NCBI GenBank assembly: GCA_964627765.1
Contig: CAZVKO010000067.1
Coordinates: forward strand, 21,649 to 85,648
From: an uncultured Ginsengibacter sp.
GTDB taxonomy: Bacteria; Bacteroidota; Bacteroidia; Chitinophagales; Chitinophagaceae
DNA length: 64,000 nt
Direction of reading: 5' to 3'
In this document: in pieces, positions 1 through 10,638 of the stretch
How the letters are laid out: every line of letters begins with the position of its first letter
Numbering within the stretch: the stretch's first letter is position 1
The notes under the pieces: generated by a model
The model's input: only the letters and a program-made list of their open reading frames with translations
Told to the model about the DNA's origin: nothing
The model's database searches: none
Made by a program: the position numbers and the translations under genes

Positions 1-2008
1 CGATCGAATCTTCCTGGCTTATGAGCGCCCGGTTGGCGATCTTATCATATCCTTTCGGATAAGGCACCCCGAGCGTTTGCATGGCTCTTATCTTGGCGGC
101 CGTGGTGCTGGTGTCTAAGTTGTTATCGAACAACCAAACATATTGCGGCATAATAGACCCCGGAGACATTGACCGCGGATCATACAGGTGATTATAATGC
201 CAGGCTTCTCCGTTCTTCCTGATCTGGCCTTCTCTTGCCAGGTCCGGCCCGGTACGCTTGCTTCCCCACTGGAAAGGATGATCGTAAACAAACTCACCTG
301 CTTTGGAATATTCTCCATATCTCTTTACTTCATCACGGAATGGCCTTACCATTTGTGAGTGACAGAGGTAGCAACCTTCGCGGACATAGATATCGCGTCC
401 CTGCAATTCGAGCGGCGTATAAGGTTTTACGCTGGCAATAGTGGGTATATTCGATTTGATCAGGAAAGTAGGAATCATTTCAACCATTCCGCCAATAGCC
501 ACTAAAATCAATGCAAGCACTAACATGGTTAATGGTTTGCGTTCCAGTGCACGGTGCCAGTATTCTTTGGGGCGACTCGCTTCTTTAACCAAAGGCGCTG
601 CTTCCGCTTCTTCATTTGCTACAAAGCTTCCCTGCCTGATGGTTTTTGCTAAATTGTACACCATTAACAATGCACCGGACAGGTATAAGGCGCCTCCTAC
701 ACTACGGGTAATGTACATCGGGATGATGTTAGTAACGGTTTCAAGAAACTGGAACTTCAATTGTCCTTCCGGAGTGAAAGTCTTCCACATAATGCTTTGA
801 GTGAAGCCGGCCCAATACAACGGCAGTGCATACAGAACAATTCCTATTGTAGCGATCCAGAAATGATTGGTAGCAAGCTTCTTTGAATACAAGGTAGTAT
901 TCCACATCCTGGGAACGAGATAGTATAGCATTGCAAATGCCATGAAGCCATTCCATCCCAGCCCCCCGATATGAACGTGCGCGATCGTCCAGTCAGTAAA
1001 GTGAGAAATGGCATTGATATTTTTCAAGCTCAGCAACGGCCCTTCAAGAGTTGCCATACCATAACAGGTAACGGCCACCACCAAAAATTTCAGTACAGGG
1101 TCTTCACGAACTTTATCCCATGCGCCACGGAGCGTAAACAATCCATTCAGCATACCTCCCCATGAAGGGAAAATAAGCATAAGCGAAAAAACAGTACCCA
1201 GCGACTGAGCCCAGTCGGGCAATGCCGTGTACAACAAGTGGTGCGGGCCGGCCCATATATATATAAATATAAGCGCCCAAAAGTGAATGATGGAAAGCCT
1301 GTATGAGTAGATAGGCCGGTTAGCGGCTTTTGGTAAAAAATAATACATTAAACCCAATACCGGGGTAGTAAGGAAGAAGGCTACTGCATTATGTCCATAC
1401 CACCATTGCACCAATGCATCCTGCACCCCTGCATACCAGCTATAGCTTTTCCACATGGTAACCGGGATTTCCATTGAGTTCACGATATGCAACATGGCAA
1501 CTGTAACCCATGTAGCGATATAAAACCAAATGGCAACATACAGATGGCGTTCTCTTCTCTTAATGATGGTACCAAACATATTGATACCAAATACTACCCA
1601 TACAACAGTGATCGCAATATCAATGGGCCATTCCAGTTCAGCATATTCTTTACCTGTTGTAAATCCCATCAGCAGTGTAATGGCGGCTGCAGCAATTATA
1701 GCCTGCCATCCCCAGAAATGTATCCAGCTAAGCGTATTGCTGAACATTCTTGTTTTACATAACCGCTGCAGTGAATAATAGACACCAGTAAAAATGCAGT
1801 TACCCACGAATGCAAAAATGATGGCATTAGTATGAACAGGACGCAGCCGGCCAAAAGTGGTTGCCGGAAGATTGAGCGTGGCGCCAGGGTAATAAAATTC
1901 AATGGCTACCCAAAGCCCCGCCACCATACCCACAATACCAAACACCACAGTGGCATACAGAAATGCTCTCACAATCTTGTTGTCATAATAGAATTTTTCA
2001 ACTTGCAT
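1..2008 (-). CDS. ccoNO: cbb3-type cytochrome c oxidase, fused subunits I and II (CcoN-CcoO); the C-terminus runs off the window start
   Basis: Absent from the ORF track because the ORF is open-ended. Hand translation from the ATG at 2008-2006 gives MQVEKFYYDNKIVRAFLYATVVFGIVGM...RLRPVHTNAIIFAFVGN..., a CcoN pattern. It continues in the same frame, with no stop, into a CcoO-like part carrying the heme-c motif REGCYLCHSQMVRPF (around 340-385). Confidence 0.88.
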   Translation of the reverse strand, partial: MQVEKFYYDNKIVRAFLYATVVFGIVGMVAGLWVAIEFYYPGATLNLPATTFGRLRPVHTNAIIFAFVGNCIFTGVYYSLQRLCKTRMFSNTLSWIHFWGWQAIIAAAAITLLMGFTTGKEYAELEWPIDIAITVVWVVFGINMFGTIIKRRERHLYVAIWFYIATWVTVAMLHIVNSMEIPVTMWKSYSWYAGVQDALVQWWYGHNAVAFFLTTPVLGLMYYFLPKAANRPIYSYRLSIIHFWALIFIYIWAGPHHLLYTALPDWAQSLGTVFSLMLIFPSWGGMLNGLFTLRGAWDKVREDPVLKFLVVAVTCYGMATLEGPLLSLKNINAISHFTDWTIAHVHIGGLGWNGFMAFAMLYYLVPRMWNTTLYSKKLATNHFWIATIGIVLYALPLYWAGFTQSIMWKTFTPEGQLKFQFLETVTNIIPMYITRSVGGALYLSGALLMVYNLAKTIRQGSFVANEEAEAAPLVKEASRPKEYWHRALERKPLTMLVLALILVAIGGMVEMIPTFLIKSNIPTIASVKPYTPLELQGRDIYVREGCYLCHSQMVRPFRDEVKRYGEYSKAGEFVYDHPFQWGSKRTGPDLAREGQIRKNGEAWHYNHLYDPRSMSPGSIMPQYVWLFDNNLDTSTTAAKIRAMQTLGVPYPKGYDKIANRALISQEDSI

Positions 2009-2029
2009 ATATAGTATTGGTTTAGATAA

Positions 2030-2200
2030 TTACTGTTTATCAGGCTCTTTATAATGAGCAGGTTTGTCATCGAAGAGTATCCTGGATGAAGGAGAATAAT
2101 CGTCTTCAAACTGCCCGGATTTTACTCCCCAGATAAAGGCCGCGAGAAATACTGCCGCAACACTGATGCTGGCGATAAGCAGTACGATTATAGCACTCAT
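2030..2200 (-). CDS. ccoS: cbb3 oxidase maturation protein CcoS/FixS (56 aa, below the ORF-track cutoff)
   Basis: Hand translation: MSAIIVLLIASISVAAVFLAAFIWGVKSGQFEDDYSPSSRILFDDKPAHYKEPDKQ*. It has one TM helix followed by the CcoS-type W-x-x-KSGQF-DD...IL-DD signature. It sits between ccoI and ccoNO. Confidence 0.75.
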   Translation of the reverse strand: MSAIIVLLIASISVAAVFLAAFIWGVKSGQFEDDYSPSSRILFDDKPAHYKEPDKQ

Positions 2201-2393
2201 GCTCGTTTTTTATCGGGCATAAAAGTATCTATTAAGGAAAGAGGTGATTATAATTGTCGTCATCATCCGGAATGACTTTGATCAGGTAAAAACAGAAATT
2301 CTCAGAAGGGATTTATTGTAATTTATTAATGGCAATAACTGCACTTCCGGCATTGGAACTATTGAAAGAAATGTAACGATCCGGTTAATTATT

Positions 2394-4787
2394 TTAAATA
2401 AGTTTCATCCATTTGGCCAGCAACGTACTGCTGCCAAACGTAATCAACAATATGCTCAGTGAACTGGCAGGCATGAGGATAGCCGCAATAACCGGTGAAA
2501 GCGTTCCCTGGACGGCGAAAAATAATCCAATGATGTTGTACACAATGGACAGCACAAAGCTGGATATAATAATGTTTTTATTGGCTTTGCACAAACGGAT
2601 GAATTGGGGCAGCCGGTTCAGTTGCCTGGCCTGTATGATGGCATCGCAGGCCGGAGTAAAATTGTTGGTTTGTTCTGCTACTGCAACGCCTGCATCGCTT
2701 TGCTTTAGCGCACCGGCATCGTTTAATCCATCGCCTATCATCATAACCTTTTGCCTCTTTTGCTGCAGTTGCTTAATATACTCCGGCTTATCTTCCGGCC
2801 GCTGATTGAAAAGAAGGATGGATGAATCGCCCAATATTTTCCTCAGATTATTTTTTTCAGAAGAATTGTCGCCGGATATTACCGAAAGCCGGTAATGATT
2901 TTTTAGTTCCCTTATCAGGGGCAGCACAGAGCTTCTGTAATGATTACTGAAACAGAAGCTGCCCATTATCGTGTTGTCAACTTTGATATAAGTTCGTGTA
3001 GCTGTATCAGCTTTTTTTGCACCGACAAAATCTGCCGAACCAACTTTAATAAGCGAATCATTTATATAGGCTTCTATTCCCTTTCCGGTAACTTCTTTAA
3101 AATGCTCTATATCCATTTCACTTTGCCCGAGATATTTTGAAAGCGCTTTGCTCAGAGGATGCGTGGAATGTTGCACAAGGGCTGATACATGGTTACGTTG
3201 CGTTTCAGTAAGCGGAATTCCTTCATAGTGTATTTCACGTTCGTGCGTTTCGGTAAGCGTACCTGTTTTGTCAAAAACAATGTGATCAATATCTGCAATC
3301 TCATCAATGGTACCGGGACTTCGCAGGTAAAAATGATTGCGCCCCAGTATGCGCAAAATATTTCCGTTGGTGAATGTATTGGACAGCACTAAGGCACACG
3401 GGCATGCAATAATAAATACGGCAGTAACGGCAGGCCATACATGACTCTTATCGTGTATGAGCCAATAAACAGCGGTGATAATTGCGACTGATAAAATGAT
3501 ATAAGTAAAATACCGCGCCAGTAAATCAACGAGCGATGCAGCTTGTTTTTTATCCTTTTTTTTATGCTCCTGCTGATCCCACAATTTGGTGAGGTAGCTT
3601 TGCGCCACTTCTTTTACCACCAATACTTCAATATTGCCTTCTGTTTGCTTTCCGCCTGCATACACAATTTCACCCACCTCTTTTAAAACAGGGAGCGACT
3701 CACCTGTTACAAAGCTATAATCAATAAATGCTTTGCCTTTTGAAAGAATGCCATCTGCAGGAATCAGCTCTTCATGATGAATGAGCATGGTGTCACCCGC
3801 TTTTATCCCCGGCAACGTTGTGGGAATTTCCTTGTTATCCTTTATAATTGAAATGGCCAGCGGGAAATAAGAGGTATAGTCACGTTCGAATGACAACTGG
3901 CGATAGGTTTTATCCTGTATGATTCTTCCGGCAAGCATAAAAAATACAATACCTGCCAATGAATCAAAATAGCCGCCCCCCGTTCCTGAAATCACGATAT
4001 AGGCGCTTCTTATAAAAGTAATAAGGATTGCCAGCGCTATCGGTGTATCCACGTTCAGGTATTTATGCCTCAGGCTTTTCCAGGATGAAATGTAAAACGG
4101 AAGCGAAGAATACAACAACACCGGCAGCGACAGAAGCAAATTAAGCCACCTGAATATATTTCTCAATCCTTCATCAGATGCATCAATGCCAAAATATTCC
4201 GGGAAGCTCATCAGCATAATATTACCGAAACAAAATCCGGCCACCCCCAACTGGTATACCATGGAGCGATTGATAGCCGGTCGCTTTTCCTTCAAATCAT
4301 TAAGGCTGATGTACGGCTCATAGCCAATGCTGGTGAGCAGCTCAGCGCATCTGCGCAGGCTGGTTTTTGAAGGATGTAAAATAACATCCAGTTCCTTCCT
4401 GGTAAAATTTACTTTGCCTGAAATAATACCCGCATCTAACTTATGAAGATGCTCCAGCAGGTACAGGCAGGAGCTGCAATGCATTTGCGGAAGATAAAAG
4501 GTAATGCGCAGCTGCGTATCGTCTTTAAAGCTGATAAGCCCGTTTTGTATTTTTTCATCATCAAGAAAAGCAAACTTATCCTTGCGTACACCGGTGCGTT
4601 GATTAAGTCCGGGCGTTTCGTTGAGGTTATAATATTCGCACAGATCATTTTTGTTGATGATCTGGTACACCATCCTGCAGCCTTCACAACAAAATACCTT
4701 GCCCTCAAGGCGTATTTTATCTGTTGCGCAATCTTCTCCGCAATGGTAACATTTCAGTTGTGCATCAGTCGTGGTTGATTTGCTCAT
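2394..4787 (-). CDS. ccoI: heavy-metal (copper) translocating P-type ATPase, CcoI/FixI-like
   Basis: 812-aa ORF with ACPCAL (CPC), DKTGTLT and GDGLNDAGAL motifs. The N-terminus is Cys-rich (CYHCGEDC...CCEGC). It lies next to ccoS and ccoNO. The likely start is M16 (ATG at 4787); the ORF itself extends to 4832. Confidence 0.9.
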   Translation of the reverse strand: MSKSTTTDAQLKCYHCGEDCATDKIRLEGKVFCCEGCRMVYQIINKNDLCEYYNLNETPGLNQRTGVRKDKFAFLDDEKIQNGLISFKDDTQLRITFYLPQMHCSSCLYLLEHLHKLDAGIISGKVNFTRKELDVILHPSKTSLRRCAELLTSIGYEPYISLNDLKEKRPAINRSMVYQLGVAGFCFGNIMLMSFPEYFGIDASDEGLRNIFRWLNLLLSLPVLLYSSLPFYISSWKSLRHKYLNVDTPIALAILITFIRSAYIVISGTGGGYFDSLAGIVFFMLAGRIIQDKTYRQLSFERDYTSYFPLAISIIKDNKEIPTTLPGIKAGDTMLIHHEELIPADGILSKGKAFIDYSFVTGESLPVLKEVGEIVYAGGKQTEGNIEVLVVKEVAQSYLTKLWDQQEHKKKDKKQAASLVDLLARYFTYIILSVAIITAVYWLIHDKSHVWPAVTAVFIIACPCALVLSNTFTNGNILRILGRNHFYLRSPGTIDEIADIDHIVFDKTGTLTETHEREIHYEGIPLTETQRNHVSALVQHSTHPLSKALSKYLGQSEMDIEHFKEVTGKGIEAYINDSLIKVGSADFVGAKKADTATRTYIKVDNTIMGSFCFSNHYRSSVLPLIRELKNHYRLSVISGDNSSEKNNLRKILGDSSILLFNQRPEDKPEYIKQLQQKRQKVMMIGDGLNDAGALKQSDAGVAVAEQTNNFTPACDAIIQARQLNRLPQFIRLCKANKNIIISSFVLSIVYNIIGLFFAVQGTLSPVIAAILMPASSLSILLITFGSSTLLAKWMKLI

Positions 4788-5003
4788 ATTTACCGGAAAC
4801 CTTAAACACCCAAACCTTTGCTCCTTCATCATTATATCATGATTGAGCAGGACTTTCTACCGGCACAGGTCAAAATACCGGCTTCATGGAGACAAAATTA
4901 TCCGCGGAGATAAAGCGGGTAAATAATACCGGTCATCCGGTTAAATGAGTTTGGTCAGGATTTTGAGCGACTAAGCCATGCCCGCTGCTCATCAGGGTTT
5001 TAG

Positions 5004-5363
5004 CTATGGCAGGCTATCGCCCGGAAAACTTTTTGACGCATAGGCTTCATAGACAAGTATATTTTCTTTCACAGCAGGATCATCTTTCATTATTTCTTTT
5101 GTCTGCTCCGCATCGGTATTGAATATACCAATACCCGCCATTTCCGGATCGCCCGGTATCGGGCACACGATAGAAAGAATACCTTCTGCTCTTAACTGAT
5201 AATTTCTGCGGCCATGCTCCCAAACAACCGGGTAAGCATCCGGCATTTTGAAAGCAGGGCCCCTTTTCAATATAACCACCGTATAGGGCTTGGCGGTAGC
5301 ACTCATTTGCTTCATGTATTCATCGGTAATCTCCTGCATATCTTTTTTTATTGAAGTTAGCAC
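5004..5363 (-). CDS. small YciI-like / dimeric alpha-beta barrel family protein (tentative)
   Basis: 119-aa ORF. The tail ...DDPAVKENILVYEAYASKSFPG resembles the YciI-like fold family. The track start is a GTG; the first ATG is at 5339. Confidence 0.5.
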   Translation of the reverse strand: MLTSIKKDMQEITDEYMKQMSATAKPYTVVILKRGPAFKMPDAYPVVWEHGRRNYQLRAEGILSIVCPIPGDPEMAGIGIFNTDAEQTKEIMKDDPAVKENILVYEAYASKSFPGDSLP

Positions 5364-5475
5364 TTATTACAACTGTTCAAAATAAAACAGGATGGTGGAG
5401 GGTATCTTAAAATGCCACCATTACCGGAATGGATACCTGGAATAAAGTATTTATTATTAACTAAAGCCTGCAGTG

Positions 5476-6114
5476 CTATTTTATTACCGGCGTATACACC
5501 AGCGTAATGCCAAGGCTGAGGCTGTGCGCCGAAGCGTTCGCAGTGCTGCCGGGCGTGAGATAATTAATCAACCCAAAATCCAAAGCCGCTCTCACCATCA
5601 GGTTATTATTTACTGTATATCCTGCCATCAGGTCTGCGCCAATATCCATTCTTTTGAGATCGTCATTATCAGGGTCGTTGCCAAAATTGATCTTGATCTT
5701 ATCGGCACTAACATCCTCTCGTTTGTAATGTCCGCCAATTCCCAAAGCAAAGAATGGCCCTAATCCAAATTTCCATTTTGCATCTTTGTCCGCCGGCTTC
5801 AGGATAATGTTGACCGGAATTTTTAAAAATGATACCCGAACGGATGCTTTTGTATCATAGATAACAGGTTTATATCCCTCACTCGAATACAACAGCCTCG
5901 CCTCCACTGCAAGCCCGGAAGGGGAAAGAGGAAGATCAGCGTAAGCCCCCAACTGCAGGCCCGGCAGCGGCGACCCGTGGGGGTCGCCTCCCGGATCTTT
6001 TACAAAAGCGCCTGACACATTAACGCCCAACTCTGCACCATATTCTACTTTTTGTGCACAAACATGATAGGATGAAAAAGAACAACAGGCGATAAAGATG
6101 AATAAATATTTCAT
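5476..6114 (-). CDS. outer-membrane beta-barrel (porin-family) protein
   Basis: N-terminal signal peptide (MKYLFIFIACCSFSSYHVCAQ), alternating beta-strand pattern and Gly/aromatic-rich composition. Confidence 0.7.
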   Translation of the reverse strand: MKYLFIFIACCSFSSYHVCAQKVEYGAELGVNVSGAFVKDPGGDPHGSPLPGLQLGAYADLPLSPSGLAVEARLLYSSEGYKPVIYDTKASVRVSFLKIPVNIILKPADKDAKWKFGLGPFFALGIGGHYKREDVSADKIKINFGNDPDNDDLKRMDIGADLMAGYTVNNNLMVRAALDFGLINYLTPGSTANASAHSLSLGITLVYTPVIK

Positions 6115-6325
6115 GGCTATATTTTTTGGCGGAAACTCAAATATCGTTGGCCTGCAACCCGGAGAAAATACCTATTTCTAACTATTTTTAGAATCTGATC
6201 ATAATGGAGAGTAACAGCAGCCCTCATAGCCAAACAGGCGCAATATGGAAAGAAACAAATACTAACGTATACGAATAAACGAAAGGGGCCCCGGTTTGCC
6301 TCATCCGTATACGCGTTATCTTTAG

Positions 6326-7678
6326 TTATAAGCCGGAAATTTTTATGTTGCCGAGCGCATCATGTAAAATCCTAATTGCTTCAGTGAATTGATCTTTGCT
6401 GATAATGAGCGGCGGACACCACTGCAATACATTTCCCTGCGACACTTTGTAACTCAGACCATTTTTCAGGCACTCATACATTACCCGCTCCGCTTCTTCG
6501 CCGGCCTTTTCTTTGGTGGCCCTGTCTTTCACCAGCTCAATCCCCCAAAGCAAACCAATGCCACGAACATCGCCTACAATCGGGAATTTATCTTTCAGCT
6601 TTTTCATTTCATCGCTAACCCAAAATTCCATCCCGGCCACCTTTTCAAGTAAACGTTCCTTTTCTATAAATTCAAGCATCGCCATTCCTGCCGCGGCCCC
6701 CAGCGGGTTTTTTTCATGGGTATAGTGCCCTAATGAGACATCTGCAGCCATATCATATTCTTTTTTTGTTATCATCGCTGCAAAAGGAATGATCCCGGCA
6801 CCCAGCCCTTTGCCGAGGCATACAACATCCGGTATTATATCATAATGTTCAAAAGCAAACATCTTTCCCGTTCTTCCAAATGCAATGGGTATCTCATCCA
6901 ATATGAGTAATATATTGTATGCAGTGCAAATTTCTCTTACCCGTTTCCACCATCTTTTCGATGGTATCTGCACATCCGTATTCCGAATGGTCTCTGCAAT
7001 GAATGCTCCAATCTCCTTATCCTTTTTTAAAATCTGTTCGAGCTGCTGTAAGCCCTCTTCTTCTTCTCCGGGTGTATCTCTGTAAGCATTGTGCTGATGA
7101 ATGTGAACGGGTGCAGGATTAAACACTCCCATATATTTTTTAAATTGTTCTTCGCCCCCTGCGGCGATAGCATCGAGCGATGCGCCATGAAAAGAATCGC
7201 AAAATGAAATCACTTTTTGCTTACCTGTCACTACGCGAGCCAGCTTCAGCGCCATACCAATTGCAGAAGTTCCGCCCGGTGCATATAATACACGATTCAG
7301 TGCCGGAGGGAATAAAGAAAGCAGCTTTTCCGAAAACTCAATTACAGTTGTATTGGTATACCTTCTCGGAGAAAAAGGTAACACCTCCATTTGCTGTTTT
7401 ACTTTTTCAATCACATATGGATTGCGGTATCCTACCTGGTGTACATTATTACCGTGAAAGTCCATGTACCGCCTGCCCTGTATATCTTTTATATAAATAC
7501 CTTCACAGGATTCCAGCACATCAAGACAGGGCGTTGATAAAGACTGGTGCATAAATGAGGAAGCGTCTCTTTCCAGCCACCCGAACGTTTCTGCATCCAG
7601 GTAATTATACCAGTTCTCCCGGTTTGCCGAAAAATTTACGTCCCCTTCTGTAAGCAGGTGGTTAGTGCTTTTAGTCAT
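6326..7678 (-). CDS. class III PLP-dependent aminotransferase family protein
   Basis: 450 aa. Contains APGGTSAIGMALKLAR, ILDEIPIAFGRTGKMFAFEH and CLGKGLGAG (PLP lysine), which is typical of omega/GABA-type aminotransferases. Confidence 0.85.
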   Translation of the reverse strand: MTKSTNHLLTEGDVNFSANRENWYNYLDAETFGWLERDASSFMHQSLSTPCLDVLESCEGIYIKDIQGRRYMDFHGNNVHQVGYRNPYVIEKVKQQMEVLPFSPRRYTNTTVIEFSEKLLSLFPPALNRVLYAPGGTSAIGMALKLARVVTGKQKVISFCDSFHGASLDAIAAGGEEQFKKYMGVFNPAPVHIHQHNAYRDTPGEEEEGLQQLEQILKKDKEIGAFIAETIRNTDVQIPSKRWWKRVREICTAYNILLILDEIPIAFGRTGKMFAFEHYDIIPDVVCLGKGLGAGIIPFAAMITKKEYDMAADVSLGHYTHEKNPLGAAAGMAMLEFIEKERLLEKVAGMEFWVSDEMKKLKDKFPIVGDVRGIGLLWGIELVKDRATKEKAGEEAERVMYECLKNGLSYKVSQGNVLQWCPPLIISKDQFTEAIRILHDALGNIKISGL

Positions 7679-7851
7679 ACTGCAGGAGTTATTTTATTAA
7701 TGCTACAATTACCTGCAAATGTTGCAAAAAGGAATGAAAAGCCATTTTAAGTTCCTGTGAAATCTTCTGTTTCCGGTGACGGGTTCTTTTACCAAATGAA
7801 AATTCTTCAAAAAGCCAACAATTCAATATCTTGTTAACTTAACCTTTCATA

Positions 7852-9060
7852 ATGCAACCGGCTACTGCGAAAAACCGGATCCGGTCGATCGATATACTGC
7901 GCGGCGTGGTAATGGTAATAATGGCGCTCGATCATATCCGGGATTATTTATATAAAATTGACATCAACAAGTCAGGAGATTTTTCACTGAATCCTACCAA
8001 CATGAAAACCACCTATCCCATGTTGTTTTTTACAAGATGGATCACCCACTTTTGTGCTCCTGTGTTCGTGTTCCTTGCGGGCACCTCCATTTATCTTATG
8101 TGTCAGCGAAAGCCCAAAGCAGCCATTAGCGGATTTGTGATCAAACGCGGCTTGTGGCTTATTTTCACAGAGCTGTTTATTATCACATTTGCATGGACTT
8201 TTAATCCATTCTTTAACCTTTTTATTCTGCAGGTAATCTGGGCCATCGGTATCAGCATGATCGTATTAGGCCTGCTGATTCATTTGCCTTACAAGATAAT
8301 ACTCGCATTAGGTGTTATAATTATAGCCGGGCATAATTTACTCGACATTCCTTCTATCGCTCATTCATTAAAAGGAAATGTCGCAGCTGATCTGATATAT
8401 TATTCAGATTTCACTGTCTGCAAAATTGCCGGGCAACACTACCTGCTGATTGTGTATTCGTTTTTACCGTGGACAGGGGTAATGCTGCTCGGATATGGTT
8501 TTGGAAAATTATATGAAAAGGGAGCGGATGAAATGCTCAGAAGAAAAATTTTGATTTTTTCAGGTGGGGGACTTATTATTTTATTTATTGTTTTACGTGT
8601 TATCAATGTATATGGCGACCCCACCCCATGGTCGGTGCAGCCGCGTGGAAGCATCTATACTTTTCTGTCTTTTTTAAATGTAAATAAATACCCGCCGTCT
8701 TTAATGTATGTGTGCATGACACTCGGACCAGGCATTTTATTCCTTGCGTTCATCGAAAAGGTTCAAAACAGGTTTGCTGCTATAATGAATATATATGGCC
8801 GGGTACCGATGTTATACTATGTCGTTCATCTTTACATTATTCATATCATCGGTATTATCGTATTCTTTGCACAGGGATTTGGAACAAAGGATATCGTGTC
8901 GCCGGGTATCCCGTTTCTGTTTAAGCCTAATGGCATAGGGTTCGGCTTGTGGGGCATTTATGGCATATGGATATTGGTAGTAATAATATTATATCCTCTT
9001 TGTAAAAAATATAGCCGGTATAAGAGCACACATTTTAGCTGGTGGCTGAGCTATTTGTAG
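7852..9060 (+). CDS. DUF1624 / heparan-alpha-glucosaminide N-acetyltransferase-like integral membrane acyltransferase
   Basis: N-terminal RIRSIDILRGVVMVIMALDHIRDY signature and a polytopic hydrophobic profile across 402 aa. Confidence 0.72.
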   Translation: MQPATAKNRIRSIDILRGVVMVIMALDHIRDYLYKIDINKSGDFSLNPTNMKTTYPMLFFTRWITHFCAPVFVFLAGTSIYLMCQRKPKAAISGFVIKRGLWLIFTELFIITFAWTFNPFFNLFILQVIWAIGISMIVLGLLIHLPYKIILALGVIIIAGHNLLDIPSIAHSLKGNVAADLIYYSDFTVCKIAGQHYLLIVYSFLPWTGVMLLGYGFGKLYEKGADEMLRRKILIFSGGGLIILFIVLRVINVYGDPTPWSVQPRGSIYTFLSFLNVNKYPPSLMYVCMTLGPGILFLAFIEKVQNRFAAIMNIYGRVPMLYYVVHLYIIHIIGIIVFFAQGFGTKDIVSPGIPFLFKPNGIGFGLWGIYGIWILVVIILYPLCKKYSRYKSTHFSWWLSYL

Positions 9061-9255
9061 TAGTATTTTTATAAGTACTGTTTTTAAATATCCCTATTTT
9101 ACAAATAATAAACGGGAAAAGGCATCAAAACGATTATTTGGTTCTTATATTATTACTGAAACCGTACTAAATATGCACTCCTGTTTTAAGTTCCGTTTTT
9201 GTGATATATTTTCGTATTTATTTAGGTAACCCTGTCTCTCTAACTACCAGTATAA

Positions 9256-10638
9256 TTGACCAGTTTGACTACCGCTAAAACAGCCTATAGAAGATTGCCG
9301 GTTTGGCTTTCAAGAGCCCTGCTATCCGGATCTGTTCTGCTCGCTTTAGCCTTAATAATCTTTTTCGTCAATCGGGGCCCGGAAAATACGTCTAAATACA
9401 AAGGCCATCGGAAAGTAACCATAAAAAAGATCGGTAACCAATATCGGTTTATGGTAAATGACACCCCTTTTCTGGTGAAAGGCGGTGCAGGATACGCGCA
9501 TGTTAAAGAACTTGCAGAATGTGGCGGTAATACCATGGTCTGTTGGGATACCACCAAATTAAAAGATCTGCTTAAGCAGGCGGCGGAGTATAATGTTGAA
9601 ATTATCATTGGTCTTGATATACCGGGAGGTGACAATACTTCGTTTTATAATGACCCGCAGCAGGTGATGTCGCTATATAATTCATACATCCATATTGTTA
9701 ATAAATATAAAGATGACCCTCATGTGCTCGCATGGTGCCTGGGCAATGAGCTCGCCATGCCTTTTTCGCTGCTGCCAACGCCCTTTTACAGAACCTACAA
9801 CAAAATTTTGCAACATATACATGATATAGACCCCAATCACCCGGTAGCTACCTCCGTAATAAATGTTTTCAAAAGAGGAATCATGATGATCAAATGGCGG
9901 ATACCGGCTCTTGATTTCTATTGTATTAATATATATAATAGCCTTAAAACAATTCAACACCAGCTCAATCTTATCAAATTATTCTGGAACGGCCCTTACC
10001 TGATCGGTGAATGGGCTCCGAATGCCGCCTGGGAGGCCCCCATGAATATCTGGAAAGCCCCCATCGAATATACCAGTACAAAAAAAGCAGTGGAGTACTC
10101 GAAGTTCTATGAAAGATATATGCCCCGGAAAGATCCGAGATTCCTGGGTTCCGTAGTTTTCTATTGGGGTTGGCGACAGGAATATACTTATACCTGGTTT
10201 AGCATTTTTAATAATGACGGTGTACCCACAGAAGTAGAGGAGTCTCTCTCCGACTGCTGGAAAGATACGGTTACTGAGCACAGCTCCCCCCAATTGAAAT
10301 ATGAACTTATAGATGGGCAACAGGATCATGATACGATCATCCTGAGCACCGGTTCTAAACATTACGCCTCTGTAACGCTGAAAAATCCATCTGGCAATGA
10401 TTCTCTAAGGTATTGCTGGCAAATTTTGAAGGAAGACTGGGCCTTGTTTTGGGGGGAAAGATATGGTTTTTTAAAAAGGGCGCCTGCGGTACCACACCTC
10501 TTTGCTGACAGTACGCTCCGGGCAACCTCTTTTACAGCTCCCTTAAAAGAAGGGCCCTACCGGATATTCGTGACTGTATATAATCGTAAGGGATATTGTG
10601 CTACTGCCAATATTCCTGTTTATGTAGTAGAAAGATGA
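9256..10638 (+). CDS. membrane-anchored clan GH-A-like glycoside hydrolase with a C-terminal beta-sandwich domain
   Basis: TTG start and one N-terminal TM helix. The TIM-barrel-like region carries WCLGNE (candidate acid/base Asn-Glu) and LIGEWAP (candidate nucleophile Glu). It is paralogous to the C-terminal part of the next gene. Its stop overlaps the next gene's start within ATGA. Confidence 0.6.
   Translation: MTSLTTAKTAYRRLPVWLSRALLSGSVLLALALIIFFVNRGPENTSKYKGHRKVTIKKIGNQYRFMVNDTPFLVKGGAGYAHVKELAECGGNTMVCWDTTKLKDLLKQAAEYNVEIIIGLDIPGGDNTSFYNDPQQVMSLYNSYIHIVNKYKDDPHVLAWCLGNELAMPFSLLPTPFYRTYNKILQHIHDIDPNHPVATSVINVFKRGIMMIKWRIPALDFYCINIYNSLKTIQHQLNLIKLFWNGPYLIGEWAPNAAWEAPMNIWKAPIEYTSTKKAVEYSKFYERYMPRKDPRFLGSVVFYWGWRQEYTYTWFSIFNNDGVPTEVEESLSDCWKDTVTEHSSPQLKYELIDGQQDHDTIILSTGSKHYASVTLKNPSGNDSLRYCWQILKEDWALFWGERYGFLKRAPAVPHLFADSTLRATSFTAPLKEGPYRIFVTVYNRKGYCATANIPVYVVER

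Noticed and set aside
10596-10634. Extended N-termini proposed by the ORF track (also 31273, 31551, 33800, 56212 and 58610)
   Set aside because: The extensions overlap the preceding gene or add non-homologous residues (for example MCYCQYSCLCSRK). Internal ATGs give family-typical N-termini and ATGA-type coupling with the upstream gene.
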